From Alphaproteobacteria bacterium (lineage in GTDB: Bacteria > Pseudomonadota > Alphaproteobacteria > Rickettsiales > JABCZZ01): a stretch of DNA of 64,000 bases. This document shows positions 30,921 to 39,390 of this stretch, in pieces. A program made the position numbers and the translations under genes. The notes beneath the pieces are model-generated. The model was given only the letters and a program-made list of their open reading frames with translations. It did not search any database and had not been told where the DNA came from. The stretch spans positions 1,015-65,014 of the forward strand of contig JABDAT010000001.1 in the NCBI GenBank assembly GCA_013288985.1, in the 5' to 3' direction. Position 1 is the first letter of the stretch; the number at the start of each line of letters is the position of its first letter.

Positions 30921-31814
30921 TTAAAAACGTTGCGAAATACCCGCGTAGCTTTGCAGGCAAGGTGTTTTGTTATTAAGACCAATATTAGTACCGGTATCGA
31001 ACTGAAGGTTGGGCTGCATTACCCAGGAAACAGCCACATCAAAGGAAGCCTGCGTACTGGCACCTGCTGGATCATTGTTGGCATCCGACCAAAGCTCCGC
31101 ATAGCCGGTGACGCTATCAATAAAAAGCGAATGACTTATATTGGCGAGTATCTGATAATTGTTGTGATAACCTCTATCACTGCTATTCTTGAAGAAATCG
31201 GCTTCCGGATCAAACAATAAAGAGAATTTCTGCGGCAAAGCAAAAGAGACGGGGATAATAATCCCGCCTTCCACCTGCTTATTGCCTATGCCTGGTTCCG
31301 CCGTTGGTATTTTGACGTAAGGGAGCAATGTAATGGCTGTATTGCCGCCGTCATTGCCGATAAGATTATATTTAAAACGCGCATATAAATCGCCTGCACC
31401 CGTTAAGTCTGTAGAAGTGTGGGCACTCTTATCATGCGTATTTACTTCCTCTAAAGGGGAAATATTAAATTCAATGTCCGACCGGTTGGTAAGTCCCAGC
31501 TTAAAAGTGGGATTGGTATAGAGATAAGTATTACGAGTAATGTTGCCAGTATGATTATAGGTCCAGTTAAACACATCCGCCTCATATTGAAAATGTCCGG
31601 CATCCACTGTGCAGGGAAGGTTGGATTTAGTGGGCCTATCCGTGCAAAAGTCCCGCATCTGACCATCTGGTGTGGGGTTGAATAGATTATAAGAGCTCTT
31701 ATCTGATGGAGAATTACTGCTTGTAATATTATCTGCATAGGCATGGTGTGCTATCGTTGCTGAAACAAGCAAAATGCTGATATTTAGTTTTTTAATAGAG
31801 TTTGAGACAACCAT
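30921..31814 (-). CDS. outer-membrane beta-barrel protein (resembles the MetA/phenol-degradation-type transporter family)
   Basis: A signal peptide (LLVSATIAHHAYA), a DRPTKSN..TVDAGHFQYE motif, alternating beta-strand pattern and a C-terminal ...GISQRF aromatic terminus. Confidence 0.6.
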   Translation of the reverse strand: MVVSNSIKKLNISILLVSATIAHHAYADNITSSNSPSDKSSYNLFNPTPDGQMRDFCTDRPTKSNLPCTVDAGHFQYEADVFNWTYNHTGNITRNTYLYTNPTFKLGLTNRSDIEFNISPLEEVNTHDKSAHTSTDLTGAGDLYARFKYNLIGNDGGNTAITLLPYVKIPTAEPGIGNKQVEGGIIIPVSFALPQKFSLLFDPEADFFKNSSDRGYHNNYQILANISHSLFIDSVTGYAELWSDANNDPAGASTQASFDVAVSWVMQPNLQFDTGTNIGLNNKTPCLQSYAGISQRF

Positions 31815-32117
31815 GCATTGCTTTCCTATTGCATGGATTATTCCGTGGTTGCCGTAGAGGTGGTGTCAAAAGATGTCGTTAAGCCGTAAAAAAGTTGTAA
31901 AAAATAAGCCTGCTCTGCAGCCTCTACCAATATAATCCTGCCTCTACTAAACCGGAACAGATTGGTTGTTTTGCCAAGATGGGCTTAATACATATCAATG
32001 AGTAGATGATGGGGTATATAGCGAGCCGTGGCTGATTTGATTTCCAGTTGATTGTTAGTAGGTTTGCCAGTATGAAACCTGTCCCGCCCAACAGTTAAGC
32101 GACAGAGCGGCGGCGAT

Positions 32118-32192
32118 GGCTGGGTAGCAAAGTGGTAATGCACGGGACTGCAAATCCTGTATTCGGGAGTTCGATTCTCCCCCCGGCCTCCA
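32118..32192 (+). tRNA. tRNA-Cys (GCA)
   Basis: GGCTGGGTAGCAAAGTGGTAATGCACGGGACTGCAAATCCTGTATTCGGGAGTTCGATTCTCCCCCCGGCCTCCA. It has acceptor GGCTGGG/CCCGGCC (one G:U pair), anticodon loop CTGCAAA and discriminator U. Confidence 0.9.
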
Positions 32193-32306
32193 AAACTTCA
32201 TTTCATCCGGAATCATAGAACCTCAAAAATCGGCCTGTAACCAAGCGTATAAGCCGAATTTGCAAATCTTATCACTTCATGCTATCTCAGGAAAACTCAA
32301 TCATGC

Positions 32307-32343
32307 CTGGGTATTTATCTGGGTATTTTTTGAAAATACCCAG
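32307..32343 (+). promoter_or_regulatory. triple CTGGGTAT operator-like site overlapping the integrase RBS
   Basis: CTGGGTAT occurs at 32307 and 32319 (direct, 12-bp phase) and inverted at 32336-32343. The last two form the perfect palindrome CTGGGTATTTT-ttg-AAAATACCCAG (32319-32343), which runs into AGGAGGG and the ATG at 32353. Confidence 0.5.
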
Positions 32344-32352
32344 GAGGGAATT

Positions 32353-33600
32353 ATGCTTCTAACTAATCTTGATGTCCGCAATGCAAAGCCCAAAGATAAG
32401 ATATATCGCCTTAAAGATGGCGCTGGCTTATTTCTGCAAGTAGAGCCAAATGGCGGCCAATACTGGCGTTTGAGGTATTTCTTTGCTGGTAAGGAGAGAA
32501 TGCTGGCATTAGGGAGATACCCAGAAGTTTCCCTGAGCGATGCCCGTGACAAGCGCCTCGCTGCCCGCAAGCTGGTTGCCAATGGCACCGATCCTGGCGC
32601 AAAAAAGAAAGAAGATAAGCGTATAGAGATCTTCAAAGCTAATAATACGTTTAGAGCCATAGCCAAAGACTGGCATGACACCAATAAATCTAAATGGACG
32701 CCGGATCACGCGGAGAGGCTATGGCGCAGGCTAGAATTATATGCGTTTCCTGACATAGGTAATCTGCCTATCACCGCTATTAAAACACCTGATTTAATTC
32801 CGGTACTTCGCAAACAGGAAAAACAGGAATTACTCGATACTGCCCGCCGCCTTGCGCAAGTGCTTAATACTGTATTTCGTTTTGCTGTACATTGCGGCTT
32901 GATAGATCAAAACCCTGCGGGTGACCTGCGCGGTGTGGTAACGCCACATAAGGCAACCAACTTTCCAACCATTCAGACCGAAGAACTGCCTGAGTTGTTT
33001 AAAAAACTTAATAATGTCGATGCGCTTCCTCAAATCAAAATCGCTATCAAACTGCTGATGCATACTTTCTTACGTCCTGGCGAACTCCGAAAGTCTAAAT
33101 GGACGGACATCGACTTTGAAGGCAAACAATGGATTATTCCAGCTGAGCGCATGAAGATGCGCCGCCCACATATGGTGCCATTGGCGGATCAGGCTATTAC
33201 CCTTCTAAAGGAACTTAAAGATATTACGGGGAACTGTGAATACATGTTTCCTTCACATCATCGCCGCACACACCCCTGGATGAGTGAAAACACCGTAAAC
33301 CATCTGCTAATACGTATGGGTTATAAAGGCAAGCTGGTAGGACACGGTTTCCGTTCGCTTGCATCCACTACCCTTAATGAAAAGAGCAATTTCGATAGAG
33401 ATGCGATTGAAGTGCAACTATCGCATATGGATGATGATAAAAGCCGCGCTGCTTATAATCGTGCAAAATATGTCGAAGAGCGTGAGCGCATGATGCAGTG
33501 GTGGGCCGATTACCTTGAAACTTGTGAAACTGGGAAAGCACCTAACCCGAAAACTGATACTGTGATCCCGTTACGGTCTGGGAAAAGAGGTGCTATATGA
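32353..33600 (+). CDS. int: tyrosine recombinase, P4-type integrase (DUF4102 N-terminal arm-binding domain)
   Basis: MLLTNLDVRNAKPKDKIYRLKDGAGLFLQVEPNGGQYWRLRYFFAGKERMLALGRYPEVSLSDARDKR, with C-terminal catalytic HGFRSLAST and ...AYNRAKY. AGGAGGG lies before the ATG at 32353. Confidence 0.92.
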   Translation: MLLTNLDVRNAKPKDKIYRLKDGAGLFLQVEPNGGQYWRLRYFFAGKERMLALGRYPEVSLSDARDKRLAARKLVANGTDPGAKKKEDKRIEIFKANNTFRAIAKDWHDTNKSKWTPDHAERLWRRLELYAFPDIGNLPITAIKTPDLIPVLRKQEKQELLDTARRLAQVLNTVFRFAVHCGLIDQNPAGDLRGVVTPHKATNFPTIQTEELPELFKKLNNVDALPQIKIAIKLLMHTFLRPGELRKSKWTDIDFEGKQWIIPAERMKMRRPHMVPLADQAITLLKELKDITGNCEYMFPSHHRRTHPWMSENTVNHLLIRMGYKGKLVGHGFRSLASTTLNEKSNFDRDAIEVQLSHMDDDKSRAAYNRAKYVEERERMMQWWADYLETCETGKAPNPKTDTVIPLRSGKRGAI

Positions 33601-34223
33601 ACAGGCAAAAGATAATTGAAAATCTTATGCAAATCATAGAATCAAAGCGCAATGGGCTTGCCAAGGAGGCCGAATATGCCAAGGAAGAAGTGAGGCTTAT
33701 TCAAACGCTGAAGGAATGCTCAAAAGACGAAATAATTACGTTATCGTGCGTATATCTGCGTGATTATCTATTTGCCACAGCTATAGGCAATATAAAGAAT
33801 AAGATCATGGAAGATAACAGCAAATTCCTTAAAGAGATAAGTCAAGACTATGGCAAGGAGTATAAAAAGCTCGCAAAGCAGGCAGTTAAAATGATTAAAG
33901 AGCGTGATAAGAAGTTAGATTATCTAGAAAATATTCTTGCGCAGAAGAAAAATAAAAAGAATGCAGTCCTAGATATAGGAAGAATCAAAGCAAATAAAAA
34001 ACGTAAGGATGAAAGAGACACCCTGGCAGCTTTGCTAAAGGATGCTATCAAGCATTATTTGATGGCACATACGGAGCATAAAGTAACAAATAAAGAATTA
34101 GAAGCATTCCTCGGCAAAGCAGAATCAGGGTTTATTGGTAAGAATACCTATAAAGAGAGTACCTTTAAAAAGAGAGTCGCTGAACTGGCTGCAGAAGTTA
34201 GGCGTGAATTGCTTGGCCAGTGA
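33597..34223 (+). CDS. Lys-rich coiled-coil hypothetical protein
   Basis: 208 aa. Its ATG overlaps the int stop (ATGA), and composition is strongly K/E-rich. Confidence 0.55.
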   Translation: MNRQKIIENLMQIIESKRNGLAKEAEYAKEEVRLIQTLKECSKDEIITLSCVYLRDYLFATAIGNIKNKIMEDNSKFLKEISQDYGKEYKKLAKQAVKMIKERDKKLDYLENILAQKKNKKNAVLDIGRIKANKKRKDERDTLAALLKDAIKHYLMAHTEHKVTNKELEAFLGKAESGFIGKNTYKESTFKKRVAELAAEVRRELLGQ

Positions 34224-34337
34224 TTCATAGAACTATGAACCGCCTGGCCTGCGATTCATAAAAAAGATCGGCCTTTCAGTTCCCTTAGCAGTCTTTGAGC
34301 GTTTACCTTCCATTACACAAAGATGGAGAGAAACGTT

Positions 34338-34577
34338 ATGAAAAAACCTACCAAGCTAAGCGAAGTACTTTTGAATGAGCTGCCTAAGACGGGATATATC
34401 CGTCAATCACAGATAATCCCGCATATTCTTCCTTTTTCCTCTGCAACTCTTTGGCGCAAAATCAAAGCCAAGGAATTTCCAGCACCCATTAAGCTCTCTA
34501 AACGCGTTACTGCATGGCGTGTGGAAGATATTCGTGCCTGGCTCGATAAATTACATGAGGAGGCACTCAGCGCATAA
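34338..34577 (+). CDS. alpA: AlpA-family phage/island regulatory protein (MerR-like HTH, excisionase-type)
   Basis: YIRQSQIIPHILPFSSATLWRKIKAKEFPAPIKLSKRVTAWRVEDIRAWL matches the AlpA pattern. The ATG at 34338 has GGAGAG 7 nt upstream. Confidence 0.85.
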   Translation: MKKPTKLSEVLLNELPKTGYIRQSQIIPHILPFSSATLWRKIKAKEFPAPIKLSKRVTAWRVEDIRAWLDKLHEEALSA

Positions 34578-34589
34578 CCTGCGTGGATT

Positions 34590-34880
34590 CCACCTAATGG
34601 TCGGGTAAGACGGTGGCGTTAGGTGTTTATAAGCCCTCACCATGAGGTTTGTGCAAAGGGGCAGGACAGAGCGAAAGGTTGAAGTCCGGCACAGCGACGC
34701 GAATAGCGCGGACGTAAAGTGGCAACCGACTTCATGGAGGCTATTCCTACCATGAGGGCCCGAGTGACGAGTCGGCTCCGGTGGATCAGACGACGTCATA
34801 GGGCGGCTCCCGACCTTAGTCAAAATGGCTAAGGATGCGGGAGCTATGCCCTCATTCCGAGGTCTTCCAGAGGATCAGTT
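34590..34880 (+). ncRNA. candidate structured non-coding RNA (GC-rich patch between alpA and the next ORF)
   Basis: About 290 nt at roughly 55-60% GC (hand count) inside a ~40% GC island, with no credible ORF. Complementary segments are GCCCTCA 34633-39 and 34848-54 versus TGAGGGC 34753-59, GAAGTCCGG 34681-89 versus CCGACTTC 34726-33, CGCG-aatag-CGCG 34698-710, TGACG 34765-69 versus CGTCA 34794-98, and GTCGG 34771-75 versus CCGAC 34810-14. Strand is not established. Confidence 0.3.
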
Positions 34881-34996
34881 ATTTGCGGTCTTCATACTAA
34901 AACGGTACCTTACAAAAACATGCGAATAAGAAAAAATACTAGAATAGCGATATTAGGTTGAATCTTATATTATCAATAGCTTGGCGATACAGAACA

Positions 34997-35374
34997 ATGC
35001 CCTTTAAAAAAGGTTATAGCGGAAATCCAGCCGGTAGACCTACCAAGCACAAGTTGTTTAGAGAAGCACTTGTGTATCTATTGCGTCAGCCTCTTGTTGG
35101 TAATCGTATAGGTCTTCCCAAAAAGCCTACAATAGAGCAGGTGATGGCGCGTAATCTGATAATGAAAGCGATCAGAGGTCATATTCCAAGCCTCAAGCTT
35201 ATATTCAACATAGTTGATGGCAAAGTGGAGCCTGCTGTCCCTGATTATTTTGATGATCCCCCGATCCAAACCAAGCCGGAGCCAAAGATGTCGGACAGAG
35301 AACGTGCCCTTCATATCAAAGAGCTTTTTCTGTTAGCAGAAAGAGAAGCGGCAGTAATTGTTGAAGATAAATGA
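34997..35374 (+). CDS. hypothetical protein with a DUF5681-like N-terminal motif
   Basis: MPFKKGYSGNPAGRPTKHK carries the G-NP-GRP motif I associate with phage/plasmid DUF5681 proteins. The internal ATG at 34997 is preferred over the TTG at 34958. Confidence 0.5.
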   Translation: MPFKKGYSGNPAGRPTKHKLFREALVYLLRQPLVGNRIGLPKKPTIEQVMARNLIMKAIRGHIPSLKLIFNIVDGKVEPAVPDYFDDPPIQTKPEPKMSDRERALHIKELFLLAEREAAVIVEDK

Positions 35375-35428
35375 AGCATAGCAAGAGCAGTCTTTCTTCC
35401 CGCTCGCTTATGCCAGTATCATCTATAT

Positions 35429-35662
35429 TTATTTGCTACGCGCGCTCTTTTTGAGCGGTAACTTTAATAATGCTGCTGGTTCAACAGCAAGCACCTCGGC
35501 AAGCTTTCCTATAATTTCAAGACCAACATAGCTTACGCCTTTTTCAAGTTTACTTATATAAGTTCGGTTTACCTCAGCCGAATAAGCCAAATCTTCCTGC
35601 GACATACCCTTTTCATGGCGCAAGCGACGTAGATTGGCAGCAAATACTTCTCGTAAATCCAT
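35429..35662 (-). CDS. XRE-family helix-turn-helix transcriptional regulator
   Basis: 77 aa containing LRRLRHEKGMSQEDLAYSAEVNRTYISKLEKGVSYVGLEIIGKLAEVL. Confidence 0.85.
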   Translation of the reverse strand: MDLREVFAANLRRLRHEKGMSQEDLAYSAEVNRTYISKLEKGVSYVGLEIIGKLAEVLAVEPAALLKLPLKKSARSK

Positions 35663-35794
35663 ACGGGAAGTGAAGCCGATTGTTGTCTATTGACCAACCG
35701 CTTTAAAGCAACAATAATATCAGCGACATTGCCACCAGAGGCTTACTCCTTTGCCTGGCTTGCGATAGCAATTCGTATATGCGGGAGAATCACC

Positions 35795-36064
35795 ATGCGT
35801 AAACTAATCATCATTCTAGCGTTGTTTTATAGCAATCAGGCATATGCGCAGTCTTACGAGCCTAACGGTTCCGGACAGACTGCCGCACAGCAACAACGAT
35901 GGGAGAATGGCAAAGCTGCTGCCATAGAAGACATCCAGCACAATCAGACGGAAGCTAATCCAGGCATGTACGGCACTCCTTATGATAAACAGACGCAAGG
36001 AGTACCATCACAGAATCCGCCAGTTTACGGGGAATCCAATGGCAAGTACGGATATGGGAATTAG
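35795..36064 (+). CDS. small secreted hypothetical protein
   Basis: MRKLIIILALFYSNQAYAQS is a signal peptide and the mature part is Q/N/G-rich. The internal start is preferred over the track start at 35690. Confidence 0.5.
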   Translation: MRKLIIILALFYSNQAYAQSYEPNGSGQTAAQQQRWENGKAAAIEDIQHNQTEANPGMYGTPYDKQTQGVPSQNPPVYGESNGKYGYGN

Positions 36065-36074
36065 ATCGTCTAAA

Positions 36075-36404
36075 ATGATTTATCGTGTGTTCTGGAAGTA
36101 TACAGTAGCAAAAACACGATTAACCTCTTGGCTGTGGATAGCACTAGCAATCGCTTCGGTGGTGACTGCTGCCAATATGTTTCGATATGAGGTAATTGGT
36201 GGGGGAGGGTTTGAGCTTTATGACCGCTGGAAACATAGATTATGCTATGCTCACCAGTCCGCTGCTGTGCAATCATCATCCACGCTGCCGAAGCAATATA
36301 ATTTGGTTGAGGAATTTGATAAAGCGAATCCCCCTGGCGTTATATCTCCTCCTACCCTTGGGCTTGAATGTACTTGGCTGGATTATAAAGATTTACAGCA
36401 ATAG
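36075..36404 (+). CDS. small membrane-anchored hypothetical protein
   Basis: MIYRVFWKYTVAKTRLTSWLWIALAIASVVTAANMF is a single TM anchor. The internal start is preferred. Confidence 0.45.
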   Translation: MIYRVFWKYTVAKTRLTSWLWIALAIASVVTAANMFRYEVIGGGGFELYDRWKHRLCYAHQSAAVQSSSTLPKQYNLVEEFDKANPPGVISPPTLGLECTWLDYKDLQQ

Positions 36405-36415
36405 GAAGTCCACTT

Positions 36416-36931
36416 ATGCGCTTCCTTGCTGTTATCCTATCGTTCTTTATCGCGCTATCATACCCGTTGGAGGCATCCGCTCGTCAATCTACCCAGGCGG
36501 CATTCTCGCCCTCACCAGAGGCAGTGAAACTAGTCCAGCGCACCATTGGTAAGGCAGAGCATAGTATTGATGTTGCTGCCTATAGCTTTACCTCCTACAA
36601 GATCGCCGATGCTCTGATAGAGGCACATAGGCGAGGGGTAGATGTGCGGGTGTTACTCGATAAGGGACAGGGCAAACGCCATTATCGCGCCATTGAGGAT
36701 ATGCGGTATTCTGGCATCCCCATACGGATCAACCGGCATTATGCTATTATGCATAACAAGTACATTATCGTTGACGATAAGACCGTGGAAACCGGCAGCT
36801 TCAACTACACTGCGAACGCCGAAAAGCATAATGCCGAGAACGTTGTTGTCATCCGCAACAATCCCAAGCTGGCACAACGCTACATTCAAAACTGGCAAAA
36901 GCTATGGGATGAAGGGAACTGGCACGAGTAA
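36416..36931 (+). CDS. nuc: phospholipase D-family endonuclease (Nuc-like, secreted)
   Basis: A signal peptide (MRFLAVILSFFIALSYPLEASA) and a single HKD motif (HNKYIIVDDKTVETGSFNYT). The ~170-aa size is typical of plasmid Nuc. Confidence 0.88.
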   Translation: MRFLAVILSFFIALSYPLEASARQSTQAAFSPSPEAVKLVQRTIGKAEHSIDVAAYSFTSYKIADALIEAHRRGVDVRVLLDKGQGKRHYRAIEDMRYSGIPIRINRHYAIMHNKYIIVDDKTVETGSFNYTANAEKHNAENVVVIRNNPKLAQRYIQNWQKLWDEGNWHE

Positions 36932-37091
36932 AAAGAATATATTTATTAGTAACTTAATAAAAAATATATGACTCTTGGCGAAAGCCTCGACTGTAATATA
37001 AAGAGAATTATTCTCATTGTTCTTCATAAAATAGTAACATTTATATGTTATTTTACAGTCTGATAAACTTGTAAAATTAAGCCCATTTTTT

Positions 37092-38789
37092 ATGTCCCTA
37101 TTTGATACAGTTCTTCTAGACTATGACCCCAATAGGCCCGATGAAACTATTCTTGCTACTTTGAAAGCTGTGGCACGCAAAGACGCAAGCATTGGAGCAT
37201 ATAATTATCATGTAGATAATAATACCGTGGATAGAGTCTTATATCCCGGGCATATTAAAGGCGCTATGTCTTACCACGCTATAACCATGGGAAGTCCTTA
37301 TCCAGACATCCTGCCTCATCAGAAAACGTGGAGAAGGGCGATAGAGTATGCGGATACATTTCAGAAACCTATTGAAGATGAGATTGGTATATATGCTTTC
37401 TTAGAAAGTCTTGCCAAGACGGGATTGTTTGGCTCGCGGGCTATTATTGAATACCAACCCCCTATAAAAGAACGTAACACATTTAGTGCAGACGCCCCAT
37501 CTCCTACAGATGAAATTAAAAAATCTATAGGAGAGATGTTTAGAAAAAAAGGCATTCCAGTCACCGATACATCCAAACAAATATTTTACATATTGCATAC
37601 CTCCCTAGAAATGACATCTTTTGGAATTAGTAGTCTTGCAGCTATGGACCCTCATTCTAAAGGTAAAACATTTTTATTGGCGGCCCCTTATTTTGAACCT
37701 ACTATCGTTTTTCCGTATCGCCATTCTTACAAACCCAAGATTATTGATACTAACGATACAAATTTCATTTTAACTGCTGAAAAACTCCAGCAGGCTATTG
37801 ATGAGGCAGGTGGACCACACAACATAGGGGGACTGCTTCTCACGTCTCCTAATCATATCACTCAGCAGCCCATGCCACGTGAAGAGTTACAGAAAATAGC
37901 AGAGATTATAGTGCGTAATAACCTGCATGTTATATGTGACGAATTGTATGATCTAAGGCCTAATGGCCTGCAAAGCAATGAGCCACCTTCACTTGCATCA
38001 TTGACTGTAACTATAGATGGAAAAGAACATAGGCTGCATGATTATGTATTTACAGTAGACGGCTCTTCGAAACGTTACAATCTTCAGGGCCGTAAAGGCT
38101 ACCCTAAAGCCGGAGTTGGTACTACTGGCAATGCCGAGTGGCTAGAAACATTAGAAACTGAGAGGACTAAGCTGGCGGATCTGGCAAAGCAGGCCGGTTT
38201 AGATGCCTCACGAGAGGATAAAAGTATGCTATTAATAGCATACATGCTCGAACACACACCGGGCAGTTATTTTATAGATAATGCAGAGCATTATAGAAAT
38301 GTATCTCAGGATATAGAAAGATTGTTTGAAATAATGCGCCTAAAATATGGCCTTGATGAAAAGGATATTTCGTTTACGCGAACCCCTGAGTATGCCTTTT
38401 TTCAGTTCGTTAAATTAGCGCCGGAGCTAGCTGCAAAAGTGGGGATAACGAATAGTGAAGAACTACAGCAATATATGATGTGTTATGCCGGAGTATTAAC
38501 AGCAGGAGAGCAAGGCTCCGGTTGTAATCAAATAGGGGTACGGATAAATCCAGCAGCTACAATGGGAATGTATCCCAATGGGGTTACTGTGGCAACGGAT
38601 GGTCTAGAGAGAATATTTAAAATGGTATCCAACATTAAGAAGGGCCATGCTCCCCCATATGAAGAGATAAAAAGACATATGGATGGAGTAATAAATGAGT
38701 TCATTTCTGTACAAGAAACGCGTACAGCCGGCGCTCAACAAAGAAGGCTCCTTAAAGAACAACGTTCCTATGCGGTACGATCAATATGA
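37092..38789 (+). CDS. divergent PLP fold-type I (class I/II aminotransferase-like) protein, function unknown
   Basis: 565 aa. Degenerate aminotransferase landmarks appear in the right order: LLAAPYFEPTIVFPY, LLLTSPNHITQQP (cf. N-P-x-N-P-T-G), VICDELYDL (D-x-x-Y) and VDGSSKRYNLQGRKG (S-x-S-K...R-x-G). Confidence 0.5.
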   Translation: MSLFDTVLLDYDPNRPDETILATLKAVARKDASIGAYNYHVDNNTVDRVLYPGHIKGAMSYHAITMGSPYPDILPHQKTWRRAIEYADTFQKPIEDEIGIYAFLESLAKTGLFGSRAIIEYQPPIKERNTFSADAPSPTDEIKKSIGEMFRKKGIPVTDTSKQIFYILHTSLEMTSFGISSLAAMDPHSKGKTFLLAAPYFEPTIVFPYRHSYKPKIIDTNDTNFILTAEKLQQAIDEAGGPHNIGGLLLTSPNHITQQPMPREELQKIAEIIVRNNLHVICDELYDLRPNGLQSNEPPSLASLTVTIDGKEHRLHDYVFTVDGSSKRYNLQGRKGYPKAGVGTTGNAEWLETLETERTKLADLAKQAGLDASREDKSMLLIAYMLEHTPGSYFIDNAEHYRNVSQDIERLFEIMRLKYGLDEKDISFTRTPEYAFFQFVKLAPELAAKVGITNSEELQQYMMCYAGVLTAGEQGSGCNQIGVRINPAATMGMYPNGVTVATDGLERIFKMVSNIKKGHAPPYEEIKRHMDGVINEFISVQETRTAGAQQRRLLKEQRSYAVRSI

Positions 38790-39247
38790 CGATATTAAGA
38801 TCGATAGATAGAATCAACAGCAACATACGTGAAGTAGGGATTTGTCTCACTCTTCATGAGGATGAATCCTTAACGCAGCTATTTGATGCCTTACAGAATA
38901 TCTGGGAACTGTGGGTTCAAGAAGTCGTAGCGCGTTATGCTAAAACGAAACATTCTCAAACCATCAAAGCGATTCCCTATGCGGGTTTAATAGCAGGTAT
39001 GCCATCAGATCTTGCGCTGCAAGATATTGAGGAACGCATAGAAAAACTTAAACCTTATATTCAAGCAGTACGCGATAATGCAAAACTGAAAGGCTGTTTT
39101 GTGGCGTTAGATATTATTGAATCAGAATTGGGCCATTTTGCAGAATATAAGAAAAATCCTGATATATTTCAGAAAGAACTATTTGATGTTGCTGACGCTG
39201 CTGAATACTACTTCCGCAGATTACAGCTACAGCTAGCAGACGCATAA
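38786..39247 (+). CDS. small helical hypothetical protein, translationally coupled to the upstream aminotransferase-like gene
   Basis: 153 aa. Its ATG overlaps the upstream stop (ATGA), and no family is recognised. Confidence 0.55.
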   Translation: MTILRSIDRINSNIREVGICLTLHEDESLTQLFDALQNIWELWVQEVVARYAKTKHSQTIKAIPYAGLIAGMPSDLALQDIEERIEKLKPYIQAVRDNAKLKGCFVALDIIESELGHFAEYKKNPDIFQKELFDVADAAEYYFRRLQLQLADA

Positions 39248-39256
39248 TTGTCGGCG

Positions 39257-39300
39257 CTGGACAAAGCCAGTTTTTCCTCCCCCTATCTGCTTTCAGCTGG
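39257..39300 (+). repeat. truncated duplicate of the Y-family polymerase upstream region and 5' end
   Basis: CTGGACAAAGCC (39257-68) is identical to 40160-71. CCTCCCCCTATCTGCTTTCAGCTGG (39276-300) matches CCATTCCCCTTATCCGTTTTCAGCTGG (40201-27). Confidence 0.6.
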
Positions 39301-39390
39301 CTGTAAATATCTTAATAAAATTTTCATAATTCTACTGTATTATTTGATTTATATCCCAACGTTTAGGTTTCTAGAATAAGGAGAGATATA

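Noticed and set aside
34551-34823. 90-aa minus-strand ORF covering the GC-rich patch after alpA
   Set aside because: The product is Pro/Arg/Ser/Thr/Cys-rich with no plausible fold and no RBS. It overlaps the alpA 3' end antisense. The region is better explained as non-coding (structured RNA or a decayed fragment).
34590-34880. Possibility that the GC-rich element is RNase P RNA, tmRNA (two-piece), SRP RNA, a cobalamin riboswitch or a group II intron 5' end
   Set aside because: The conserved cores I remember are absent. These include GAGGAAAGTCCGGGC for RNase P, a GGTTCGA T-arm plus tag ORF for tmRNA, the SRP GGAA/AGCA motif, the B12 box, and intron domains V/VI or an RT ORF. Only vague resemblances (GAAAG..AAGTCCGG, GTGCA) are present.
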